A stretch of DNA of 27,315 bases, taken from positions 1 to 27,315 of the IMG/VR virus record IMGVR_UViG_3300031519_000174. One strand, written 5' to 3'. Shown here piece after piece: positions 9,401 to 17,182 of this stretch (positions are counted from its first letter, which is position 1; each line of letters opens with the position of its first letter). Under the pieces are notes generated by a model. That model was given only the letters and a program-made list of their open reading frames with translations. It was not told the DNA's origin and searched no databases. The stretch is from a virus. Its lineage: Duplodnaviria > Caudoviricetes. Both the position numbers and the translations under genes were made by a program.

Positions 9401-9632
9401 CTTCAAATAACTCTCCACCCATCAATACAATAGGTTTGTTATTACGAGTCAACAAAGAAGTCATTCTTAGAAATACACTTCTGGCAAACATATAGTTTTC
9501 CTGTGGAACACCACCATCTCCAGTTGTGGGTTCATTAATTCCAGTCTGATTTGAGGGCACCTTATCTAACATTTTCATCTTCTGATGTAATGTTTCTTGG
9601 ATAAGTTTTTGAATTGGACTAAATGTAATCAT
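6483..9632 (-). CDS. Putative baseplate hub protein (T4 gp27 / P2 gpD-like)
   Basis: 1049 aa, directly after the LysM gene. N-terminal RPMAGVKDV...VLIEFGW...YDAVLG.I.NFEFS...GGFDCTT and C-terminal ELEIEIDGTGGIFPG...FQV....HKI....WTTTL are typical of contractile-tail hub proteins. Confidence 0.7.
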   Translation of the reverse strand: MITFSPIQKLIQETLHQKMKMLDKVPSNQTGINEPTTGDGGVPQENYMFARSVFLRMTSLLTRNNKPIVLMGGELFEGQYRKGLSVYGPKSGGVKEENPNLRPMAGVKDVNVEYAGGGMKIGATRKTSISWTCWTWEELQKFKPFFLTHGKNVLIEFGWGFQGSDAPMMLDIIKENGEINEDLINGAGAASGSLQEKIPEFILEQKGHYDAVLGTINNFEFSVNETGGFDCTTDLVSMGVNTMRKMDSKESVDGHIANLPIVSPKTYWLKTDESSSSQIADKNPYYSFKSYMMSLEGHLHLNALNSKGSIAYILGGDTPYCTWGWFEDNVLSRFAGQINADKNTVVGEFRSIENIYDDEGKQIDVQPTLMRVSREILPIDFSPKGWFWVYPEQVSDDENFWKNTTLRQDNSKLIPELNSYHESTTLGAFKLMFAPPYLQKANVSGNGLYQGQDDKGTVTYRWKKSFLGSETATWNDDEAYFRPFKTDTSSNGVIRNIYFGHEFLTECFDKSTIKEGIDSVWSKFSAAYGGIYDFGIEFDDKEGRLMIKDREFASKKVSKVLENTSRNPISVDAGYQNDGVFVFPIWEKNSIVKSQNLSAKLPSRMQVAAMYGNNSPEVGDGLIDTMEDWGAIAMGRNEREVEEDENKEQKLLDSLLGSVEEPFRRGEKGNQFTFGNATANDNKPLQWKVGKSVNTTDIYEDLSDKDLSVLNDSFGKGINEVMDVFLTKEFKKRLFESSGFETQAEYDKSISGGFFGPEWSLEKQQNEAEKQIDTFNSTTTNKGAMKLLYDNIVEYSGVTVNHNSNSAKHNKWPVMKAEYHALLKSTLKGEDGGIVKTTDPLVPIELEIEIDGTGGIFPGNSFHSSYLPQSYMERMCFQVIGASHKIDSAGWTTTLKGQMRVAGLDKLRIPSEAEIQENINSIRPGNDLREKKKAYAKEQGLDPGSMLPGGLPDLTENRDYPDEGVKITPEMQNDLDSFEKILKKKDSEMSFYESLKAKFTKKKTEKKTKKITKSVSTPTGEIKAVAYNDNTTGFSADVARQFNFREPMD

Positions 9633-9932
9633 TTAGAAAGATAATTCTTTTAATTTATTCATAATGGGTTCTATTTCGGTTGGTATTCTAATCTGTTTAT
9701 CCACCTCAAGTCCAATGTGTGCCTCATCTAAATTATTCGCCTTGGCAATAATCCACCACATTGAAACATCCTTGTAATACTTGTATGCAAGATTATCTAA
9801 TCTATCACCGAATTTAGGATAGATAAATATATCACTATCACGGATTGGGATTTTAGGATAAAGAGTTGGTCTAAAAACCCTTTTACCATCTCTGTTTAAT
9901 TTGATTCTTGTGTGTTTGTATCTGCTTGGCAT
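9633..9932 (-). CDS. LysM-domain baseplate protein (P2 gpX / T4 gp53-like)
   Basis: GDRLDNLAYKYYKDVSMWWIIAKANNL...QIRIP is a LysM/gpX motif. Position in the tail module fits. Confidence 0.88.
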   Translation of the reverse strand: MPSRYKHTRIKLNRDGKRVFRPTLYPKIPIRDSDIFIYPKFGDRLDNLAYKYYKDVSMWWIIAKANNLDEAHIGLEVDKQIRIPTEIEPIMNKLKELSF

Positions 9933-9951
9933 TGTTTAATTCCTAAGTTAC

Positions 9952-12858
9952 TTATGAGTCTATGAAGTCATTAAGATCATTGGGAGACAAATAAAATGTA
10001 TCGGTTGGTGGTGACGTACTCTTATCCTGTGCACCAAATTCGTCAAATAATTTTTGTTTTCCTATTCTAAATGGTGCTGGAGTTTCTCTAATATCACCAC
10101 CATCTGCTACTTTAAAAGTACCAACGTTTTTACTTCCATCAGTATTTACTCCATATCCCTTATCCTCTAACCAATTTAATCCATAATGTAATCCTAACAT
10201 GGATGGTTGATGATTACCAATGTAAGTATAGGAACATTGACAGGTAATATGCTTTGGAAATTGTAATCCTTCATCGGTTTCCCAAGTTGTTGTATCGTTA
10301 ACCTCTACACTTAGACTATCGAGAAATCCAGGAGCTTGGTTTAACATATCACCGATGGTTAAATTTATAAATGGTGCTATCATTCTATTGTTTTCTGCAT
10401 AAGATGGATAACACAACCCAACTAAGTAATTTAATTTTTCTAATAGTATTGGAAATTCTTGTTTTGTCTTTGGGTAGATATCAAATGAAAAACTTATCTT
10501 TCTCTCCGCTCCCGTATAAGTGTAAACTTGGTCAGGACGACCTATATATCTAGTACCATTCCATTCAGGTGAAATACTATCCGATATACCACTTAATAAT
10601 GCTCTAAATATAATAAATTTATTATTTACCAAATCCTTAAATTTAAATTTTATATAATCACTTACACCTTCTGGTAAATCATGACCGTATGGTGTTGAAT
10701 TAACCCTATCGACAGCCATACTTTTGTAACCATCTCCACCCGCTAAATCTGTTTTTATTGTGCCAAGACCTGAACCTGCTTTATCATCTACCTTTTGGGT
10801 AAACGCGTTTGACAACCTACCAGGATCACCAATTCCACCTAATTGTTTAACTGCAATTTTATTTTTTCGATGAAGTTCAGCTGTGAGTTTTTTTCTTGTG
10901 GGTTCATCTATCTGTTCATTAAAATATAATTTATTGTTTTTTACTTGAGCAAGAGATAAATCTTTCCATGTTTCATTTGATTGATCCAGTAGAGATATGT
11001 TACCCTCTTCATCAATTTCTGCACCAAGTCCACCTAACAAACTCTGAACTGATTGATGAGTTATAGGTGAAAGTGCTGGAGCTTTAATTTCCTTACCTAT
11101 ATCCCCATATAATGTGCTGTGATATTTTTTTATTGGAGTTTTTGATAATTGATTATCTGCTAAATTCTGTTCACCAAAGGGACCCCTTTGACTAAATACA
11201 GTTTGTGTTGGTATTTTTGGTGGTCGTCCAAATAGTGATACACCATTTCTCAAGTCTGTTAAATTTATCGAACCAAGTGATCCTAAACTAAACGGAGTAC
11301 CTGTTTCACTACCTGCAACCATCGTGTTCGTCAAAAATCTTAATCTACCACCCTTTTTATTAAAATTAATATTACCTAATGTATCATTGAGGACACTCAA
11401 TCCACCTACCAATCCGGCAAGACCATCTGTTGCCCATTCAAATTTACCTGTTAGTTTTGCAAAACTTGGATGTGAAGTAATTTTATCACCTAAGCTGCCC
11501 TCGGCAAAACCTTGATCCGATGGTTCTGAATCCCCATCATATATAGGTCCAAAGTCTGCAACCGACATATAAGTATCACCACCAATATGACGATTAAAAT
11601 GCATAAAAGGTGGAATGGAAAGTTTTTGTGATTGTAAACTAAATGTTCTTGTTTCTGCTCTTGGATTTAATTCTTGTAATACATTTTGTTTACCAATCCA
11701 CAATTGACCTTTTGGTGTTCCAAACCACTTTGTTAATCTTTCGGTGTCATCCTCGGTTCTCTTGGCTTGTAATACCATATAATTTTCTATCGGGCCTCCT
11801 TGTGAATACCTTTCTCCCACATCCTTTATGATTAGTGGATGGTCATTAAACCCACCATTAGGACCGGTTGATTTTGGATTTTGATAAGGAAGGACTCCAT
11901 ATGGCCAAATTCCTCCAGTATTACCGAAATTTCTTAAAAATTGTAATGATAGGTAACTTGGTGCATTATAATTAGGTTCACTACTAATGAAAAAATCTTG
12001 AGCTACGTGCTGTGTTTGTTGTGAATCAGGCAATGGTGGATAAGAATCAGGTGTGGCACTTTGACCACCGCCTCCACCACTATCAATTTGGTCTCTTAAT
12101 GTATCAAGTTGTTTAAATTCTCTCCACGGAGTTCCGTGACTCATTAAATATTTACTTTGATTACTCCAACCAAACTGAGAATTTATACTAAATGCAAAAT
12201 CATTTCTTGGATATGAATCAGGAACTAAAAATGTTTTTTGGTTATCCCCAAATGGAACAGGTTGAGTTGGTGTGGTATATTTTCCCTCACCATCTTGAAA
12301 CTGAGATTTTCTACCTGCTATCACACTAATGTTACCATAATAGGTATTATTACCACCTATTGCACCGAATGGAATATCTTCGATTGGCTGTCTATTGGAA
12401 TATGTTGAGATTGGTAAAGTATCAACTCCGTATGCTCCTTTTGCCTGTGGTTCAAGGTTTAGTTCTTTTTTACCCACTTGACCATAGGATAGATTTGAAG
12501 TCACTCCTGCTATATTATGAGATAACGGTGTTATGGATAATTCATTACCGATTTCTAATTCTGATTTATTGTGAAATAAATCCATATCTTTGGTGAATCC
12601 AAATGGAGCTATACCAGGTTTTATAAATCCCCTACCTTGTTTAGTTCCATCCATTGTATCGGAAACTCCATATGGACCTCTTGAGGGTGGTGATGTGTCT
12701 AGTAGACCAAATTTACTTTCCATTTGTTCTAATGATTTTGGATTAGGTCGTTCAAAGTAAGGTGTCTTGTCTGTCTGTGGTGATTTACCAGTTCCAGCCT
12801 TGGAATATTCTGTCCAATTAAAATTTGATAAATCTTTTGTTAAATCTATTAAGCTCAT
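9952..12858 (-). CDS. Large tail protein with a C-terminal tube-initiator domain (gp48/gp54/P2 gpU-like)
   Basis: C-terminal FRALLSGISDSISPEW...YIGR....YTY.GAER.ISFSF...LNYL.GLCYP.Y...P...LTIGD...TWE...P. Lies between the tape measure and LysM genes. Confidence 0.7.
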   Translation of the reverse strand: MSLIDLTKDLSNFNWTEYSKAGTGKSPQTDKTPYFERPNPKSLEQMESKFGLLDTSPPSRGPYGVSDTMDGTKQGRGFIKPGIAPFGFTKDMDLFHNKSELEIGNELSITPLSHNIAGVTSNLSYGQVGKKELNLEPQAKGAYGVDTLPISTYSNRQPIEDIPFGAIGGNNTYYGNISVIAGRKSQFQDGEGKYTTPTQPVPFGDNQKTFLVPDSYPRNDFAFSINSQFGWSNQSKYLMSHGTPWREFKQLDTLRDQIDSGGGGGQSATPDSYPPLPDSQQTQHVAQDFFISSEPNYNAPSYLSLQFLRNFGNTGGIWPYGVLPYQNPKSTGPNGGFNDHPLIIKDVGERYSQGGPIENYMVLQAKRTEDDTERLTKWFGTPKGQLWIGKQNVLQELNPRAETRTFSLQSQKLSIPPFMHFNRHIGGDTYMSVADFGPIYDGDSEPSDQGFAEGSLGDKITSHPSFAKLTGKFEWATDGLAGLVGGLSVLNDTLGNINFNKKGGRLRFLTNTMVAGSETGTPFSLGSLGSINLTDLRNGVSLFGRPPKIPTQTVFSQRGPFGEQNLADNQLSKTPIKKYHSTLYGDIGKEIKAPALSPITHQSVQSLLGGLGAEIDEEGNISLLDQSNETWKDLSLAQVKNNKLYFNEQIDEPTRKKLTAELHRKNKIAVKQLGGIGDPGRLSNAFTQKVDDKAGSGLGTIKTDLAGGDGYKSMAVDRVNSTPYGHDLPEGVSDYIKFKFKDLVNNKFIIFRALLSGISDSISPEWNGTRYIGRPDQVYTYTGAERKISFSFDIYPKTKQEFPILLEKLNYLVGLCYPSYAENNRMIAPFINLTIGDMLNQAPGFLDSLSVEVNDTTTWETDEGLQFPKHITCQCSYTYIGNHQPSMLGLHYGLNWLEDKGYGVNTDGSKNVGTFKVADGGDIRETPAPFRIGKQKLFDEFGAQDKSTSPPTDTFYLSPNDLNDFIDS

Positions 12859-12861
12859 ATT

Positions 12862-14892
12862 TTATCTCTGTGAAAAAGAATTGTTCATATCTCGACCAAG
12901 TTTCTTTGTCTGTACTTCTGCCTGTTCATTTCTCATTGACATCAAACTAACTAACTTATCAAGTTTTGAATTAGTATGAGCCATATCTCCGTATTGCATT
13001 GTTCCTTCCGCCATACGTGGAACTGATGGTAATATATTACCATTAACACCTGGAACAAATAATTCAGGTCGTTTCTCTCCAACCACATAAGGACTGCCAG
13101 ATCTAACAGGACCTCCTCGTTCTCTACCAGCCGCGTACCCAATACCACTACCAATTATTGAACCACCTGCAACCATTGTTGCCCCCATTATTAAATCTTT
13201 TGAACCACTAAGAATTCCAGCAAAAGGATTTACAATTCCTTTCATCACGGTTTTCATTGCAACAAGTAATCCGAATACTCCACCGAGAACTGCCCCATAC
13301 ATTGCAAAACTCTTACCAGTGTTTTTAGCACCATCCTCTTGTGTTTTCATAAACTCTGCTAAATTTGCACCACTCAATCCAATGGCATCTCCTAATGACT
13401 GCCGTTGCACTACACTCATCCTTGCAAATTCAGCTTCACCACCTGCTTGCATCTTAACCTCTTCCATCATTTGTGCTAAATCTCCACTAAATGCAAGACT
13501 TCTGGCCTTATCAAGATTAATTGACCTACCAAGTAACATACTTGCTTCTTGTTCTGCCGCTATTGATGATTCGAAATCTAATAATTTTTCTGCTACCGAA
13601 TTAGTAGCACTTAAATCTAATCCCATTTTGGCTGCCTGTTTGGCAGCTTCTTCCATATTTTTACCACCAGCTTTCGCGAAGTTTGCAAACATATCAGCAT
13701 TAGAGGCTAAATCACCCATTACTTTGGAAGCTGATAAACCTTCTTTCTTAATTTCTTTCAGAAACTTGTTTTGTCTATCTAAAGCCATTCCTTTGGTTTC
13801 ATTAGTAATCGATGTTTGTAACATCAATACCTTTGCCATATCAGTTGCCTGTGCTCCTGTAAAGAATGACATCAATTTCATATCTAAAAGTACTTCGTTA
13901 CTTACTCCTCGTAGGCTACCAAATTCATCTAATAATGCCTTTGTTTGATCTTTGAATAAAATTGCAGAAATATTTAGTTCACTAAAAGAAACTCCTAATT
14001 CTCTTGAGAAATTAAATGTAGATACTGTCCATGCTGCTATAGCTCCACCAACTGCTAATGCTGCAGGTGCCATTCTCTTCATCGCTGCAGCTGCTTTGTC
14101 TTGAGATTTAGCAAATTTGCCTGTTGATTTACTTCTTGACTTTCCTTGGTCATCCATATAGATATCTGGATTTGACATTCCACTTTTAACGGACTCGGTG
14201 AAAGCATCAGCCATGTTTTGACCTTTACCTTTCAAATCAAGTTTCGATGAAAGTAACTCCCCAATAAAAGGAATATTTTTAACCATACTATCTAACTCAT
14301 CAAATGGTTTTTTAATTAAATCAGATTGGGTATTAATTTCTGTATTTAATTTTTTCTGTATATCATACTCGGCCTTCATTTTTCTTAAAAATAGTTCTTC
14401 ATCACCAAGTTTTAATTTTATAGACTGTCGTATCTGTTTGCTAAAATCAAGACTTCTAAATTCTTCTGTTCCAACGGCATCCATATTAGAAAGATACTCA
14501 CCTGAAATATCAACTATTCCTTCCAAAGACTTAATTCTTTTCTTACTTAATATATCACCTTTTTGATCTAACGATAGTGATTTTGCACCTATACTTAATA
14601 ATGATTGTTGGGTTGATACACTTGATTTGGAATCTTTACTAAAAGCTTTAAATGCCTTGGCATGTTCTCGTGCAAGATTACGAGTTTCTTTTGCAGAATC
14701 TGATGCCTTCTTGGTAGTTTTTACGAAATCCTTTGAAGTTGCCAATGCCCTTTGTTCGTATCCAGTAAGGTCTTTCCATAGTTCTTTATTGAGCACCATC
14801 CAACTTTTAAAGTTTGCGCCTATTTTCTCCCACGACTTTTCATCGAAGCCAAAGTCTTTAGGATTTACTTTTGGTGCTTCTTTCTTGGCCAT
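12862..14892 (-). CDS. Tail tape measure protein
   Basis: 676 aa, helical and Ala/Lys/Met-rich, with hydrophobic Gly/Ala segments and a C-terminal RERGGPV...YVVGEKRPELFVP motif typical of tape measure proteins. Lies downstream of the tube and chaperone genes. Confidence 0.85.
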   Translation of the reverse strand: MAKKEAPKVNPKDFGFDEKSWEKIGANFKSWMVLNKELWKDLTGYEQRALATSKDFVKTTKKASDSAKETRNLAREHAKAFKAFSKDSKSSVSTQQSLLSIGAKSLSLDQKGDILSKKRIKSLEGIVDISGEYLSNMDAVGTEEFRSLDFSKQIRQSIKLKLGDEELFLRKMKAEYDIQKKLNTEINTQSDLIKKPFDELDSMVKNIPFIGELLSSKLDLKGKGQNMADAFTESVKSGMSNPDIYMDDQGKSRSKSTGKFAKSQDKAAAAMKRMAPAALAVGGAIAAWTVSTFNFSRELGVSFSELNISAILFKDQTKALLDEFGSLRGVSNEVLLDMKLMSFFTGAQATDMAKVLMLQTSITNETKGMALDRQNKFLKEIKKEGLSASKVMGDLASNADMFANFAKAGGKNMEEAAKQAAKMGLDLSATNSVAEKLLDFESSIAAEQEASMLLGRSINLDKARSLAFSGDLAQMMEEVKMQAGGEAEFARMSVVQRQSLGDAIGLSGANLAEFMKTQEDGAKNTGKSFAMYGAVLGGVFGLLVAMKTVMKGIVNPFAGILSGSKDLIMGATMVAGGSIIGSGIGYAAGRERGGPVRSGSPYVVGEKRPELFVPGVNGNILPSVPRMAEGTMQYGDMAHTNSKLDKLVSLMSMRNEQAEVQTKKLGRDMNNSFSQR

Positions 14893-14911
14893 TTAGGTTT
14901 TCCGTTTTGAT

Positions 14912-15148
14912 TTATAAATCTTCGAGGTCCTTTGCGAGTTTTTCATAATCTGGCTCGTCTTGACCTTGTAACCTTGCAACTAATTTGTCTTGAAGTTTTT
15001 CTGCCTCACGAGATAGTTTTTGAAGTTCTTTATCGTTTGCAAATAAATTGCTTATAAATTTACTTCCCCTTCTCTTACCTGCATTTTTCCAAAAGGAATC
15101 CATAAACTCGTATAGAACTCTTTCGTTTTTTATTTTGTACTTAGGCAT
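14912..15148 (-). CDS. Small helical hypothetical protein
   Basis: 78 aa with a GGAG RBS, and a GATATTTATA motif upstream at 15193-15202. Confidence 0.75.
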   Translation of the reverse strand: MPKYKIKNERVLYEFMDSFWKNAGKRRGSKFISNLFANDKELQKLSREAEKLQDKLVARLQGQDEPDYEKLAKDLEDL

Positions 15149-15192
15149 TTTGTGTTTCTCCGAGTGATTAAAACTGAATAATTCTTATCAGT

Positions 15193-15202
15193 TATAAATA
15201 TC
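15193..15202 (-). promoter_or_regulatory. GATATTTATA putative phage promoter
   Basis: Exact intergenic copy upstream of the 78-aa ORF and tape measure gene. Confidence 0.65.
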
Positions 15203-15216
15203 AAAATATCTGAAAA

Positions 15217-15438
15217 TTACTTTCTTCTTGGAGTGTTTGATTGAGATTTTTTAGATGCTTCATCGTAAGCCTTATTCTCATCATCGTACTGAGCCTGTAA
15301 ACGTTTTAAATAATAAGTTCTTAGATAAATGGGCATATTGTAAACCTCACTAAAGTGGAATCCACCTTTAGCGTGATATATTAAAAGAAATATTTGGTTG
15401 TGTATTTCTGGTTTATCAACCGGCAGAAGGCCAAAAAA
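15217..15438 (-). CDS. Unannotated gp51-like extension of the tail assembly chaperone (predicted frameshift product)
   Basis: Open frame FFGLLPVDKPEIHNQIFLLIYHAKGGFHFSEVYNMPIYLRTYYLKRLQAQYDDENKAYDEASKKSQSNTPRRK*. It is +1 relative to the upstream gene, begins at a U7 run and has no ATG before its mid-point. The F.E..NMP..R..Y...L pattern resembles T4-type gp51. Confidence 0.75.
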   Translation of the reverse strand, partial: FFGLLPVDKPEIHNQIFLLIYHAKGGFHFSEVYNMPIYLRTYYLKRLQAQYDDENKAYDEASKKSQSNTPRRK

Positions 15439-16189
15439 ATCGAGCGGTTATTGGAACCGCTACCTCCTCGAAGTCTCCATTATCAAATTCAATTGTATCT
15501 GATAAATCAACATCAGGAGTAACAGAAGTCAAAAACGTTCTGTATGCAAATGAGTCTATTGAGAGAAATTCAGTTTCTACGAAATTATTTATAAATTGTC
15601 TTTCATCATTACCATCTACTGATAGTATGGAAGCCTTTAAACGAGTGGTTATTTCAGGATCAATACCTGAACCCTTCGTTATCTTTCTCATTGCCTTTAA
15701 TTCAGCATCTATATTTTTTTCTTCTCGCTGTGTTAGAATTTTAAAAGTAATCTTTTTCTTAGACGCGGGTAATTCAAATAGAAATTCATTTTTACCCTTA
15801 GTGTGTTTCTTAAAGTCTATCTTTTTGTGTTCTAATTTACTTAAATCTACCGAATGAGTTTTCTTCTCATTATTACTTGGATCAGTATATTCAAATTCAT
15901 AATCTTTACCATAGGCCAATACTCTTGATGCTACCATTATTGCATTTTTATCACCGATGAGTACATCGTCAAGATTTACTCCTTCTGAAACTACTAATGC
16001 CTCTAATAGTCTATCCAACACTATACCTTTCTGTATTAGATTGGCTGATGTTAGTATATCTTCTTCTTTAGCCGTCATATACTTGATTTCTACTTGACCA
16101 CTTGATAACGGACTACCATCTGGATAAAAATATCCCTTAGAAGGTAAATCTATCACCTCGGTGGGAAATTGGCGTTTTTCTTCTGCCAT
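15416..16189 (-). CDS. T4 gp26-like baseplate hub / tail assembly chaperone
   Basis: IDLPSKG...IKYMTAKEEDIL, internal ELPASKKKITFK.LT..EE, C-terminal FFWP. Has an AAGGAG RBS and lies between the tube and tape measure genes. Confidence 0.85.
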   Translation of the reverse strand: MAEEKRQFPTEVIDLPSKGYFYPDGSPLSSGQVEIKYMTAKEEDILTSANLIQKGIVLDRLLEALVVSEGVNLDDVLIGDKNAIMVASRVLAYGKDYEFEYTDPSNNEKKTHSVDLSKLEHKKIDFKKHTKGKNEFLFELPASKKKITFKILTQREEKNIDAELKAMRKITKGSGIDPEITTRLKASILSVDGNDERQFINNFVETEFLSIDSFAYRTFLTSVTPDVDLSDTIEFDNGDFEEVAVPITARFFWPSAG

Positions 16190-16257
16190 TGTATTCTCCT
16201 TTGTATTATTTTTCTATTGTATTGTATACAATATAACCATTTTTATAAAACTATAGT

Positions 16258-16283
16258 GCTGGGTATCGATTAAAATACCCAGC
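16258..16283 (-). other. Perfect 9-bp stem-loop downstream of the holin-like gene
   Basis: GCTGGGTAT-N8-ATACCCAGC. No adjacent U-tract on the minus strand, so it is more likely a stability or processing hairpin than a strong terminator. Confidence 0.55.
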
Positions 16284-16294
16284 CTTTAAATTAC

Positions 16295-16489
16295 TTACTT
16301 TACTTCGGGATTTGATTTCCCAACAGCGTCTCTAACGGAATAAAGTCCGAAAGATGCTAATATTGTCCAAACTAACTCAGGTACTTGATCTACTACACCT
16401 GCTGCTTGAAGAACACCAACTGCACCAGCTATTACTGATGTCCAAATGGTTTTTGATTTCCACCATTCTTTGTCTGATATTACTGCCAT
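16295..16489 (-). CDS. Small membrane protein, putative holin
   Basis: 64 aa. KEWWKSKTIW followed by two hydrophobic segments and a charged C-terminus. AAGGAG RBS. Confidence 0.65.
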   Translation of the reverse strand: MAVISDKEWWKSKTIWTSVIAGAVGVLQAAGVVDQVPELVWTILASFGLYSVRDAVGKSNPEVK

Positions 16490-16514
16490 GATTGACTCCT
16501 TGTATTATTGTTAT

Positions 16515-17006
16515 TTAGAATTGTAAGATTGCGTAATCGTATCTCAATGTAAGAGTAATGTCTGCAGGATCAGTAGTGTTTGACCAATCCAAGTCATTAA
16601 AATTAGCGTTTACAATCCAAGTTCCCTTTAATGTCCACTCCTCTACTTTATCACCAACGGGTCCTAAAACATTGATAGTTACGTCTTTCTTATAGAAATC
16701 GGAATAACCATCTCTACCTGTTACGGACTCGTGACCTAATCTAACCCACTCCATTACGGCTTGTGCTCCACTCGGAACAATCGGGTCATATAAAGTTATT
16801 TCTAATTCTTCCCATGCTCCCTTACCTTTAACATATCGTTTGACATTGATGTGGTCAAGTTCGATAGTTTCAAAGGCAATTGAAGGTCTGTTTGCTGTCT
16901 TAATAAGATAAGATGGAATACCCTCTATATACATAATGTACCGATTTTTCGTTTTCGGTTCAAACGGTGTAAACATTATCTCGGAAGGATCTAATAGTTC
17001 TGCCAT
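16515..17006 (-). CDS. Tail tube protein (T4 gp19-like)
   Basis: 163 aa: FEPK..NRY, W.ELEITLYD, EW, YKKD..I..LGPVGD.VEEWTLKG.W, L.LRYDY. Directly after the sheath gene. Confidence 0.93.
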   Translation of the reverse strand: MAELLDPSEIMFTPFEPKTKNRYIMYIEGIPSYLIKTANRPSIAFETIELDHINVKRYVKGKGAWEELEITLYDPIVPSGAQAVMEWVRLGHESVTGRDGYSDFYKKDVTINVLGPVGDKVEEWTLKGTWIVNANFNDLDWSNTTDPADITLTLRYDYAILQF

Positions 17007-17036
17007 TGTTAATCTCCAATAAATTTTTTCTTCAAC

Positions 17037-17046
17037 TATAAATATC
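17037..17046 (-). promoter_or_regulatory. GATATTTATA putative phage promoter for the tail tube gene
   Basis: Exact copy 30 nt upstream of the tube ATG and downstream of the sheath terminator. A second variant copy lies at 17112-17121. Confidence 0.7.
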
Positions 17047-17125
17047 AGTTTTTATAAAAAACATCACATTCATTATTCATAGTTTTATAGAAGTTATATT
17101 TTAACCTCATATATAAATATACAAG

Positions 17126-17160
17126 GCAACAAAAAACCCCTCAAAAAGAGGGGCTTTTGT
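17126..17160 (-). terminator. Rho-independent terminator after the tail sheath gene
   Basis: Minus strand GCCCCTC-TTTTT-GAGGGGT followed by TTTTTGTTG, about 25 nt after the sheath stop codon. Confidence 0.85.
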
Positions 17161-17182
17161 TTTATTAATCTATCGATTAAAC

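Noticed and set aside
15379-15440. Canonical -1 frameshift at the end of the gp26-like gene
   Set aside because: The -1 frame stops after about 20 codons. Only the +1/-2 frame gives a long, protein-like extension.
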